Positions 28,167 through 37,546 of a stretch of 64,000 bases of DNA are shown here, piece after piece. This DNA is from an uncultured Alphaproteobacteria bacterium. GTDB lineage: Bacteria; Pseudomonadota; Alphaproteobacteria; HIMB59; GCA-002718135. The stretch is taken from contig CACOAX010000002.1 in the NCBI GenBank assembly GCA_902625365.1, positions 468 through 64,467 of the forward strand. The letters run 5' to 3'. The notes beneath the pieces were generated by a model. The model was not told the origin of the DNA. It worked only from the letters and a program-made list of their open reading frames with translations, and searched no databases. How positions within the stretch are numbered: position 1 is the stretch's first letter; every line of letters begins with the position of its first letter. Position numbers and translations under genes: made by a program.

Positions 28167-30018
28167 TAAAAATTTCAGTTAAATTTTCTAAGTAAGCTGA
28201 TGGATTTGAGAGTATGTTACCATCTAATATATTAGCTTGATCTAAAATTAAATTTGAAGCTTTTTTATGGTCAATTTTTGTTAAATTTTGAGATAAATTT
28301 ACAATCATCGGATGGTTTGGATTAATTTCAAGTATCTTTTTTGAAACAGGAGTTTTTTGATTATGCATTTTCATCAGTTTTTCCATATTTATATCCATCC
28401 CTGCTTCTTCAGCAACAAGTAGAATTGGACTTTTTGTTAATCTCTTAGATATAATAACATCAGATATAGTCTCTTTAAGCTCTGTTTTAAGTATGTTAAT
28501 TAAATCATTGATTTTACTATCTATTTTCTTTTTATCTTCGTCTTTCTTACTTGATTTTTCACCAACTTTCGAAACATCAACTTTACCTTTAGTTATTGAT
28601 TTAAATTCTAAATCTTTAAATTTATTTACATTTTGTATCCAAAACTCATCTACTGCATCAACCATAAACAAAACTGGTATCTCTTTATCAGTAAAAACTT
28701 CTAATTGAGGAGAGTTTTTAATATGATCCTTATCAGTATTAGCAAAATAATAAATTTCTTTTTGATCTTTAGCCATTAACTTAATGTATTCTTCAAGAGA
28801 TATTTTTTTATCGTTTAAAGAATTTTCAAACCTTAATAGCGGTAGGATTTTTTCATGATGATCGTTATGTTCGTATAACCCTTCTTTTAAAACAGGACCA
28901 AAATTATTCCAAAATGTCTCAAATTTATCCTTTTCTTTCTTAGCTAAGCTATCAATTTCACTTAAAATTTTATTTGTAATACCTTTTTTAATTTTCGTAA
29001 TAATAGGATTATTTTGAAGCATTTCTCTACTTATATTGAGAGAAATATCTTGTGAGTCGACTACTCCTGGAATAAAGCGTAACCAATTAGGGATTATGTC
29101 TTCACAATCATCAGTGATAAAAACTTTTTGAACATATAATTTTATTTTATTTTTCCTATCAGCATTAAATAAGTCCATAGGTTGATTGGTAGGAAAATAC
29201 ATTAAAGCCTTATAACTAATAACACCCTCAGCGTTATAGTGAATAGTTTTTAAGGGATCATCAAAGTTAAATGAAATATTATTATAAAATTGCTTATAGT
29301 CTTCCTCTTTTATATCTTTTTTATCTTTTAGCCATAATGGACTACCTTCATTTATTTTTTCTTCTTTTTCTTTATCGTCAAGATCCTTAAGATAAATTGG
29401 GAAAGGAATATAATTTGAGTATTTTGTTATAATTGATCTTAAACGAAATGAATCTAAAAATTCATCAGCATCTTTCTTTATATTTAAAGTTATACAAGTT
29501 CCTCTTTTATCTTTTTTAGCATCTTCTATTGTATAATTTTCTTTCCCATTGGAAGACCAAAGATTTGTTTCTTCATTTTCAGCATCTTTAGAAAGAACTT
29601 CAACATTATCCGCAACCATATATGAGGAATAAAAACCAACACCAAACTGTCCAATTGCGGAAATATCATTACCCTTTTTATTTTTCATTGCTTCAATAAA
29701 TTTACTAGTTCCTGATCTCGCTATAGTTCCTAAATTATCGATAAGTTCATTTTTAGACATTCCAATTCCATTATCTTCAATTTCAATAATTTTTTTCTTT
29801 TTTGAAACTCTAATATTTATTTTTAAATTCTTTTCATCTTTAAGAAGATTTTTTTTAGAGAGTGATTGATATCTTAGTTTTTCACAGGCATCTGCAGAAT
29901 TAGATATTAATTCTCTTAAAAATATTTCTCTTTCGCTATAAAGAGAATTAGCAACAAGATCTAAAAGCTTACTGACTTCAGCTTGAAATGTTAAATTTTC
30001 TTTAGTTTTTTCTGCCAT
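28159..30018 (-). CDS. htpG: Molecular chaperone HtpG (Hsp90)
   Basis: 619 aa with LRELISNSADA, IGQFGVGFYS and NISRE motifs. Confidence 0.97.
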   Translation of the reverse strand: MAEKTKENLTFQAEVSKLLDLVANSLYSEREIFLRELISNSADACEKLRYQSLSKKNLLKDEKNLKINIRVSKKKKIIEIEDNGIGMSKNELIDNLGTIARSGTSKFIEAMKNKKGNDISAIGQFGVGFYSSYMVADNVEVLSKDAENEETNLWSSNGKENYTIEDAKKDKRGTCITLNIKKDADEFLDSFRLRSIITKYSNYIPFPIYLKDLDDKEKEEKINEGSPLWLKDKKDIKEEDYKQFYNNISFNFDDPLKTIHYNAEGVISYKALMYFPTNQPMDLFNADRKNKIKLYVQKVFITDDCEDIIPNWLRFIPGVVDSQDISLNISREMLQNNPIITKIKKGITNKILSEIDSLAKKEKDKFETFWNNFGPVLKEGLYEHNDHHEKILPLLRFENSLNDKKISLEEYIKLMAKDQKEIYYFANTDKDHIKNSPQLEVFTDKEIPVLFMVDAVDEFWIQNVNKFKDLEFKSITKGKVDVSKVGEKSSKKDEDKKKIDSKINDLINILKTELKETISDVIISKRLTKSPILLVAEEAGMDINMEKLMKMHNQKTPVSKKILEINPNHPMIVNLSQNLTKIDHKKASNLILDQANILDGNILSNPSAYLENLTEIFIK

Positions 30019-30119
30019 TTTTAAAATTTAAGCATTCATATCTATAATTCAATAGTAAGCAATAATTTTTTGCCACATTTAAGACTATATAAGTAAAAGT
30101 TATGGTATTTAGGTTTATA

Positions 30120-30734
30120 ATGAAATTTGATAATTTTTTAAAATTATTTTGTATTACATTGTTATTTTTATATGCATGTACTTCAAATCAGTTAACAAAT
30201 ACTGCTGATAGTTGCATAATTTTTGATGAAAAGAAAAGCTGGTATAAAGCAACTAAAAATTCTTATGATAAATGGAATACCCCAATTGCATTCCAATTAG
30301 CAGTTATAAAACAAGAATCATCTTTTACCCAATTTGCAAAACCGAAAAGAAAAAAATTTTTAGGTTTAATACCAACCTCTAGACCATCAACTGCTTTTGG
30401 TTATGCACAAATAACAAATCCCACTTGGGATTGGTATAAGAATAAAACTGGAAATCAAAATGCATCAAGGGCAAATTTTAGAGATGTAACTGATTTTATT
30501 GGCTGGTACACAACGCAGTCCGAAAATATGATTGGAATTTCAAAAAATGATTACTATAATCAATATTTAGCATATCATGAAGGTCAAAACGGATGGTCGA
30601 AAGAGACATTTAAAAGTAAAGATTGGTTGATTGATGTTGCTAAAAATGTAGAAAGAAATACTAAGATGTTTAATAAACAACTAAAACAATGCGAAGAAAA
30701 ACTAAATAAAAAAGGTTTCTTCGGAATACTATAA
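30120..30734 (+). CDS. Lipoprotein with a lytic-transglycosylase (SLT)-like domain
   Basis: From the internal ATG there is a lipobox, LFLYAC. It also has VIKQESSF (catalytic Glu-Ser) and AFGYAQIT motifs. Confidence 0.6.
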   Translation: MKFDNFLKLFCITLLFLYACTSNQLTNTADSCIIFDEKKSWYKATKNSYDKWNTPIAFQLAVIKQESSFTQFAKPKRKKFLGLIPTSRPSTAFGYAQITNPTWDWYKNKTGNQNASRANFRDVTDFIGWYTTQSENMIGISKNDYYNQYLAYHEGQNGWSKETFKSKDWLIDVAKNVERNTKMFNKQLKQCEEKLNKKGFFGIL

Positions 30735-31912
30735 TGCCAATTTTAAACAGCATAAATCAAATGCAAGATCAGATGACAGAATGGCGTCAGGATTTACATA
30801 AAATTCCTGAGATAGGCCTTCAAGAATTTGAAACATCAAAATATATCAAAAACAAGTTAAGTGAATTTAATATTAAATTTAAAGATGGTTACGCTAATAC
30901 AGGTGTTGTTGCTTGGGTAGATGGTAATGAAGTCACTAATGATAAGACAATTGGTTTAAGAGCAGATTTTGACGCTCTTCCTATGCCAGAACAAAACGAA
31001 TTTAATCATAAATCACAAAATAAAGGTATGATGCATGGTTGTGGTCATGATGGTCATACCACAATGCTTCTTGGAGCAGCGAAATATCTAAGTGAAAATA
31101 ATAATTTTAATGGAAGAGTATATTTCATTTTTCAACCAGGAGAAGAAGGTTTTGCTGGAGGAGAAAAAATGATTCAAGATGGTATGTTTGATGATTTTAA
31201 AATTGATGAAGTTTATGCACTTCATAATTGGCCTGAGTTACCTTTAGGTACGTTTGGTGTAAATAGTGGACCGATGATGGCAGCAGTTGATGAATTTGAT
31301 ATTACTGTAAAAGGAAAGGGTGGTCATGCTGCATCACCTCATCTAGCAATTGATCCTGTTGTAATTTCTGCACAAGTTATTTCTGCTGTTCAAACAATTA
31401 TAAGTAGATCCACAGATCCTGTTGATAAAGCTCTTATAAGTATTACAAAAATTAATGCTGGTACAGCTTATAATGTAATTGATGATCAAGTTAAAATGGG
31501 TGGGACAATTAGAACTTTTCGAAGAGAAACAAGAGCATACATAGAGAAAAGATTAAATGAATTATGTAAAGGTATAGCCGATGCACATGGTGCAGAGATA
31601 AAAATTGAGTTTGATTTAGTAAATAAATATCCACCTACTATAAATTCTAAAGAAGAAACAAAATTTGCCGCGAATGTAGCTAAAGATTTGGTTGGTGATG
31701 ATAAAGTTATTACTGATATTGACCCGTCAATGGGAGGAGAAGATTTTTCATATTTGTTAGAAAAAAAACCTGGTTCCTATCTTTATCTTGGTCAAGGAGA
31801 TGCAGAACATAGCGCTCATCTACATACAACAAAGTATGATTTTAATGATAATTTATTACCTATTGGTGTAAATTTTTGGGTGGAACTTGTTCAAAAATAC
31901 TTTTCTAAGTAA
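30734..31912 (+). CDS. M20D-family amidohydrolase (hippurate hydrolase / N-acyl-amino-acid amidohydrolase type)
   Basis: 392 aa with MHGCGHDGH, QPGEEG and GGEDFS motifs. Confidence 0.88.
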   Translation: MPILNSINQMQDQMTEWRQDLHKIPEIGLQEFETSKYIKNKLSEFNIKFKDGYANTGVVAWVDGNEVTNDKTIGLRADFDALPMPEQNEFNHKSQNKGMMHGCGHDGHTTMLLGAAKYLSENNNFNGRVYFIFQPGEEGFAGGEKMIQDGMFDDFKIDEVYALHNWPELPLGTFGVNSGPMMAAVDEFDITVKGKGGHAASPHLAIDPVVISAQVISAVQTIISRSTDPVDKALISITKINAGTAYNVIDDQVKMGGTIRTFRRETRAYIEKRLNELCKGIADAHGAEIKIEFDLVNKYPPTINSKEETKFAANVAKDLVGDDKVITDIDPSMGGEDFSYLLEKKPGSYLYLGQGDAEHSAHLHTTKYDFNDNLLPIGVNFWVELVQKYFSK

Positions 31913-31921
31913 TCTTAATTG

Positions 31922-32683
31922 ATGTTAAATTTTAGTGCGATTTATTCAATAATCGCATTTAGAATTAAAGAATTTCTCCAAGAGTATCATTATTCTTTAT
32001 TAGCCCCTTTAACTACAAATCTTTTATTTATATTAGTTTTTATCACAGTAGAAAATTATTACTCACTTTCTATGGATTCAGGTTCTTTCGTTGAATTTAT
32101 TGCTCCTGGATTAATCATTATGATCGTTGCTCAGGAAAGTTACGATAATTCGTCTGCTACTTTAATTCATATGAAACAAATTGGTTCTTTAGATGATTGG
32201 TTAATGGCACCTATATATAGAATTGAAATATTAATATCTTTAATATTAACATCTCTTATTATTGGAATTATTTTAGCACTTTTTAATTTTTTTATATTTA
32301 CTTTTTTAATAGATATTGAAATTTATAATTTTTTTTATTTTTTTTACTACCTATTTTTAGTTATAATATTTTTCTCATGTTTAGGATGTTTCGTGGGAAT
32401 AATTTTTAATTCTTGGGATTCACAAAGTACATTCTCGAGCTTTTTTGTTGCACCTATTAATTTTTTATCAGGAACCTTTTTTTCAATAAATTATCTTCCT
32501 GATAATATGAAGGCTATACTTTTATATAATCCTTACTATTATGTTGTAAGCTTTTTTAGGAATTCATTTAATGATGAATTTTCATTTAATTTAGTTGAAA
32601 ATATTTTTATAATATTTTTTATTTTATTAATTTTGATTATTACATTATTTATTTTTTTCAAAGGTTTTAAAATTATTAAATGA
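31922..32683 (+). CDS. ABC-2 type transporter permease (no adjacent ATPase)
   Basis: About 253 aa with six hydrophobic segments and an ABC-2-like layout. I prefer the ATG at 31922 to the TTG at 31919. Confidence 0.65.
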   Translation: MLNFSAIYSIIAFRIKEFLQEYHYSLLAPLTTNLLFILVFITVENYYSLSMDSGSFVEFIAPGLIIMIVAQESYDNSSATLIHMKQIGSLDDWLMAPIYRIEILISLILTSLIIGIILALFNFFIFTFLIDIEIYNFFYFFYYLFLVIIFFSCLGCFVGIIFNSWDSQSTFSSFFVAPINFLSGTFFSINYLPDNMKAILLYNPYYYVVSFFRNSFNDEFSFNLVENIFIIFFILLILIITLFIFFKGFKIIK

Positions 32684-33273
32684 TTGATGTTATTTTTAAT
32701 TTTTTAATTCAATTTGATTTATTAATAAAAAAAAATTTAGAATTGTCTTTAATTTTATATTTTTTATTTTCTTTTTTGTTTTTTACATTTTCTCTACCTG
32801 GTAGTTTAATAATTATACTTGCATCAAGTTTCTTTTTTGGATTTATTACAGGTTTTATAATTAATATAACAACTATTGTTTTAGGTAGTTTATGTTTTTT
32901 TCTTTTTTTTAAAAATATATTTAAAAAATATTTTAATAAACAAATTGAAAAATTTAGTTACAAATTAAATACAATCATTAAAAAATCATCTTTTGAATAC
33001 TTAGTTTTATTACGACTTATCTTTGGAGTACCATTATTTGTTCAAAATTTATTTTTATCAACATTAAATATTTCTAAAACTAAATTTATAATTTCATCTT
33101 TTATTGGTTTTACTCCTTATTTTCTTCTTTTTTCATTTATTGGTAATCAATTTTCTGATTTTATTGAAATTAAGGAATTTCAACTTCGTAATATTTTATC
33201 TTTTGAATTAATTTTAATTTTTTTAATATTAATTATTTTTTTATTAATTAGAATTTTTTTTAAATTTAAATAA
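32680..33273 (+). CDS. DedA/TVP38 (SNARE-associated) family membrane protein
   Basis: 197 aa, polytopic, with LRLIFGVP typical of the family. ATGA overlap with the upstream gene. Confidence 0.65.
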   Translation: MIDVIFNFLIQFDLLIKKNLELSLILYFLFSFLFFTFSLPGSLIIILASSFFFGFITGFIINITTIVLGSLCFFLFFKNIFKKYFNKQIEKFSYKLNTIIKKSSFEYLVLLRLIFGVPLFVQNLFLSTLNISKTKFIISSFIGFTPYFLLFSFIGNQFSDFIEIKEFQLRNILSFELILIFLILIIFLLIRIFFKFK

Positions 33274-33649
33274 ATAGATTTTTAAATCTAATTGAAATGA
33301 AACATAAATAAACAGTAACTACTATTGCGGCATATATAGTTATATCAATAATTATTAAATTTTTTGCGGAAAATTCATTTGCTATTCTTGAATATATTAA
33401 AGCAGAAGTCTGTATTATAGATGTAATAATAATAACATTTAGCAATCTAATAGATCCCTTTGTATTCAAGTAGATCATGAAAAGACCAATAAACAAAAGA
33501 CCTGTTATAGCTCCACCAAGGTTTCTAAGCCATGCTATATTGATACTTTCAGCAGCAGTTAAATTAACAAAACTATATGGCAAAAATAAAAAATATATTC
33601 CATACATAAGAGAAAAAATTGATAAAAATAAAATGCTTAATCTAATCAT
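33266..33649 (-). CDS. Hypothetical four-helix membrane protein
   Basis: 127 aa and hydrophobic. No motif recognised. Confidence 0.5.
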   Translation of the reverse strand: MIRLSILFLSIFSLMYGIYFLFLPYSFVNLTAAESINIAWLRNLGGAITGLLFIGLFMIYLNTKGSIRLLNVIIITSIIQTSALIYSRIANEFSAKNLIIIDITIYAAIVVTVYLCFISIRFKNLFI

Positions 33650-33717
33650 CTACTAAAAACTATTTATTAAGATATAATTAGTATTGCAAATTAATTTTTA
33701 CTAAATATAGAAAATAT

Positions 33718-33951
33718 ATGTTCCGATTGTTAATAGTTTTAATTGTTATAGTAATTATACTATTTATTTTGAGATCAAGAGCTAAATCACAATATAATAA
33801 TTATGGTAACTTTTATAGAAATTTAATTCTGATAGTCATAATCGGGGGTATAATCTTCTTCCTTGCAACAACTGGAAAATTCTTGATACCACAGTTATTA
33901 AACCTTATTAAAGTTGGTTTACCATTCTTGACAAAATTAATAGGAATATAA
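33718..33951 (+). CDS. Hypothetical small membrane protein
   Basis: 77 aa with two TM helices. Its stop shares a base with the next start (TAATG). Confidence 0.4.
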   Translation: MFRLLIVLIVIVIILFILRSRAKSQYNNYGNFYRNLILIVIIGGIIFFLATTGKFLIPQLLNLIKVGLPFLTKLIGI

Positions 33952-34814
33952 TGAAATATTTTTCAACAAATGATTTACCCTTAAACGATGAAATGATTAA
34001 TTTTTGGAATAATAACGGATATTTGGTTATAGAAAATTTCAACACAGATAAAGAATGTGATGAATTAATGCAACGATCATCATATCTTATTGAACATAAT
34101 AATTTTAATAATCAAAAATCTATTTTTGATACAGTCAATCAAGCTCATAATGATGATAATTATTTTTTAGAATCAGGAGATAAAATTCGTTTCTTCTTTG
34201 AAGAAAAAGCTAATTTAAATGATGATAACATAGAAGAAAATAAACATTTTATTGTAAATAAAATTGGTCATGCGTTGCATGACTTAGACAAAGTTTTTTA
34301 TAAATTTTCTCATAAGCAAAAACTTCAAGATATTGCTTTATCACTTGGTTTCTCTAAACCAAAATTACTTCAATCTATGTATATTTTTAAGCAACCAAAA
34401 ATAGGTGGTGAAGTAGTTTGCCATCAAGATTCTACTTTTTTATATACTGAGCCAGAAAGTACTATCGGTTTCTGGTTTGCATTAGAAGACGCAAATAAAA
34501 CAAACGGATGTTTACAGGTTGCAAGTGGAGGTCACAAAGGTCCATTAAGAAAACTTTTTAAAAAAGTAGACGGTAAAATGCAAATGATAGATCTAAATGA
34601 TGAACCATTTCCTGAAACTGATACTTTTGTAGAAGTAAAAAAAGGATCACTTGTTTTATTACATGGTAGACTACCTCATTATTCATGTGAGAACACAAGT
34701 TTAAAATCAAGACATGCTTACACAATTCATGTAATTGATAATAACAACAAATATCCTGAATGGAATTGGTTACAAAGATCTTCAATACCTCTTAAAAGTT
34801 TTATTAATGACTAA
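33951..34814 (+). CDS. Phytanoyl-CoA dioxygenase (PhyH) family Fe(II)/2-oxoglutarate oxygenase
   Basis: 287 aa with the HxD motif CHQDSTF, WFALEDANKTNGCL and a distal His in SRHAYTIH. Confidence 0.8.
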   Translation: MKYFSTNDLPLNDEMINFWNNNGYLVIENFNTDKECDELMQRSSYLIEHNNFNNQKSIFDTVNQAHNDDNYFLESGDKIRFFFEEKANLNDDNIEENKHFIVNKIGHALHDLDKVFYKFSHKQKLQDIALSLGFSKPKLLQSMYIFKQPKIGGEVVCHQDSTFLYTEPESTIGFWFALEDANKTNGCLQVASGGHKGPLRKLFKKVDGKMQMIDLNDEPFPETDTFVEVKKGSLVLLHGRLPHYSCENTSLKSRHAYTIHVIDNNNKYPEWNWLQRSSIPLKSFIND

Positions 34815-35751
34815 AAAAATAATTTTAGATTGTGATCCAGGTCATGATGATGCTGTAGCAATAATGTTGGCTGCTTCTTCTAAAGAGATTGACATACTGG
34901 GTATCACATGTGTTGGAGGAAATAGTGGTTTAAATAATACAGTAAATAACGCTCTTAAGGTTTGTACATTAATTGAAAGAACGGACATCAAAGTTTACTC
35001 AGGTGCAAATAAACCTATTCACTATGAATTATTTACAGCTGAATATGTTCATGGAAAAACCGGATTAGATAAAAAAGGTGATCCTATAATAATAGATACA
35101 AATTATAAACCTCAAGAAAAACATGCAGTTGATTTCATAGTAGAAACTTGTAAATCTTCAACAGAGCAAATTTATTTATGTCCAACAGGACCTCTTACGA
35201 ATATTGCCTTAAGTTTAAAAAAAGATCCGTCTATTAAAGAAAATATAAAAGAAATAGTTTTTATGGGTGGAGCCGCTATGTGCTTAGGAAATACTACACC
35301 TTCAGCTGAATTTAATATTTATGTGGATCCACATGCGGCTAATATTGTTTTAGAATCAGGCATTTCTTTAACAATGATGGGTTTAGATGTTACTCATCAG
35401 GTAAATGTAAATTCAAAAATTATCAAATCAATGAATGAAAATAAAAATAAAAGTTCTAAGTTTTTTGGTGAACTAATGGAATTTTATACAATATTTCATA
35501 AAGAGTTGTACGAAACTGAGGAAACACCTCTGCATGACCCATGTGTCATCGCATATTTATTAGATCCATCTATCTTTAGTGGTAAACAGGTTAATGTCAC
35601 AGTTGAAGAAAATTCTGAATTAACAAGAGGGGAGACTGTTGTTGATTGGCTTGGTGTTACCAAAAGACCAGCAAATTGTTTTGTGATGAATGAAGCTAAT
35701 GATGAAAAATTTTTTCAATTACTTAAAGATAAATTATCTTTGTTACCTTAG
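34807..35751 (+). CDS. Inosine/uridine-preferring nucleoside hydrolase
   Basis: I trimmed to the ATG at 34807, which gives MTKKIILDCDPGHDDAVAI (the DxDxxxDD calcium-binding signature). Confidence 0.9.
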   Translation: MTKKIILDCDPGHDDAVAIMLAASSKEIDILGITCVGGNSGLNNTVNNALKVCTLIERTDIKVYSGANKPIHYELFTAEYVHGKTGLDKKGDPIIIDTNYKPQEKHAVDFIVETCKSSTEQIYLCPTGPLTNIALSLKKDPSIKENIKEIVFMGGAAMCLGNTTPSAEFNIYVDPHAANIVLESGISLTMMGLDVTHQVNVNSKIIKSMNENKNKSSKFFGELMEFYTIFHKELYETEETPLHDPCVIAYLLDPSIFSGKQVNVTVEENSELTRGETVVDWLGVTKRPANCFVMNEANDEKFFQLLKDKLSLLP

Positions 35752-36668
35752 CTATAAAAACTTTTTGCAATCTGTCCAGCTAAATTTGCATTATTAATTA
35801 TTAATGATACATTAGCATTTAGAGTTTCATTTTTTGATTGTTCGTTAATTTCATTTATAAGAAATGGCGTTAATTCTTTTCCACTAATATTATTTCTATC
35901 AGCTTTTATTGTTGCATTATTAATCCATTTTTCAACGTCATTTTTATTAAGCGCCTTTTCTATTGGAACTTTGTTAAATATGAGAATTGATTTTTTATTT
36001 TCTATATTTTTATTGAGTTTTAAAAAAGAAGAAATTTCATGAATTTCATCAAATTTTTTATCAACTTTATTTTCTGTTTCTTCATACCAAAAACCAGGCA
36101 TATAATTTGTTTGATAACCAATTCTTGTAATTCCTAAAGTTTCAAGTAGTTCATTTGTTTTGTTTAAATCTAAAATAGATTTAGCACCACTACAGATTAC
36201 AAAATTTGAATTCTCAGAAAGTGCATATAGATCTGCAGATACATCATTCGTATTTTCAGCATTAAGATGTACACCACCAATTCCCCCTGTTGCAAAAAAT
36301 CTTATTTGAAATTTAGAAGCTATAGAAATTGAACTTGCTACTGTTGTAGCAGCATTTTCTTTATTAAATATTGATAAATTTATATTGTGGTTAGATACTT
36401 TTTGTACATTTTTCTCTTTTGCTAATATTTGAATATCCTCTTGCGATAATCCTATTTTAACCTTACCTCTAATTATTCCTATTGTTGCAGCAATTGCACC
36501 ATTATCTTCAACGGCCTTTATAGACTCGTTTGCGACTTTAATATTTTCTGGATAAGGCAATCCATGACTAATCAATGTGCTTTCTAAAGCTACTATTGGT
36601 TTTTTTCTATTTATTGCCTCCTGAACTTTTTCACTTACATCAAATATTTCTTGCATACTATTGTACAC
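35748..36668 (-). CDS. psuG: Pseudouridine-5'-phosphate glycosidase
   Basis: 306 aa. ALESTLISHGLPYP and FATGGIGGVH are typical of the IndA/PsuG family. Confidence 0.88.
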   Translation of the reverse strand: MYNSMQEIFDVSEKVQEAINRKKPIVALESTLISHGLPYPENIKVANESIKAVEDNGAIAATIGIIRGKVKIGLSQEDIQILAKEKNVQKVSNHNINLSIFNKENAATTVASSISIASKFQIRFFATGGIGGVHLNAENTNDVSADLYALSENSNFVICSGAKSILDLNKTNELLETLGITRIGYQTNYMPGFWYEETENKVDKKFDEIHEISSFLKLNKNIENKKSILIFNKVPIEKALNKNDVEKWINNATIKADRNNISGKELTPFLINEINEQSKNETLNANVSLIINNANLAGQIAKSFYS

Positions 36669-37545
36669 TCACTTTCTTAGAAAGATTTTTAATTTTTAAA
36701 AAATCACTTTTAGTTTTTAGGCTTTTACCACTAGCATAATAAGATCCGCATGCTACTGAAGTTTTCAAAATATAATTCATATTTTCATTTATACTGAACA
36801 AATACAGCATCATGGCTGCTAGTGCGTCTCCAGCTCCATTTTCGTTTACTACTTTTATTGATGGGGGTTTTATTTTTTTTATAAATTCATTACTTCCAAA
36901 TATTACATTATTTTTTGAATTAGTAGTAATTATTTTTATTTTTTTATTTTGTTTTAATATTTTTTTTACACCTAATATAATATTTGAAGAATTAGTAAGT
37001 TTAAGTAACTCCGCTTTATTTAAGAATATAAAATCAATTTTATTTATAATTCTTTTAATTTTAATAACTTTATGCACTGATGTAGCGCACACTATAATTT
37101 TATTTTTTTTTGATAGTTTATTTATTGATTTTTCCAAATAGGTTTTAGAAAAATTTAGATCAAATATTATATTTTTATTCTTGATGTTTGGTATTTTTAA
37201 AGATTTATTATTTTCATATTCATCTGTGTTAGCTAAACCTAATAAAAATTTATTATTTTTATCTGATAAAGCTAAATAGTATCTATCTGTATAATTTTTA
37301 TTCACTTGATTAACATATATTTTTTTTGAGATTTTTTTTCTAATCTCTTCATTGATAGCTAAACTATAAAAATTTACATCAACAAAATTTGAAAGCAATT
37401 CTGCAATATTATACGCCACTCCACCAATTCTGCTTTTTTGTGTAATTTGATTAGATCTAAAATTAATAATATTTTTTTTAAGATTTAATAAATAATCGTG
37501 ATGAATTGCCCCAATACAAACAAAAATGTTTTTAGATTTCAGCAT
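36658..37545 (-). CDS. psuK: PfkB-family carbohydrate kinase, probably pseudouridine kinase
   Basis: 295 aa with the C-terminal NENGAGDA motif of ribokinase-like kinases. It overlaps psuG by 11 nt. Confidence 0.75.
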   Translation of the reverse strand: MLKSKNIFVCIGAIHHDYLLNLKKNIINFRSNQITQKSRIGGVAYNIAELLSNFVDVNFYSLAINEEIRKKISKKIYVNQVNKNYTDRYYLALSDKNNKFLLGLANTDEYENNKSLKIPNIKNKNIIFDLNFSKTYLEKSINKLSKKNKIIVCATSVHKVIKIKRIINKIDFIFLNKAELLKLTNSSNIILGVKKILKQNKKIKIITTNSKNNVIFGSNEFIKKIKPPSIKVVNENGAGDALAAMMLYLFSINENMNYILKTSVACGSYYASGKSLKTKSDFLKIKNLSKKVSVQ

Positions 37546-37546
37546 T

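Noticed and set aside
30019-30101. A heat-shock (sigma-32) promoter upstream of htpG.
   Set aside because: I found only weak TTGAA-like and no CCCCAT-like element at suitable spacing, so it cannot be supported by eye.
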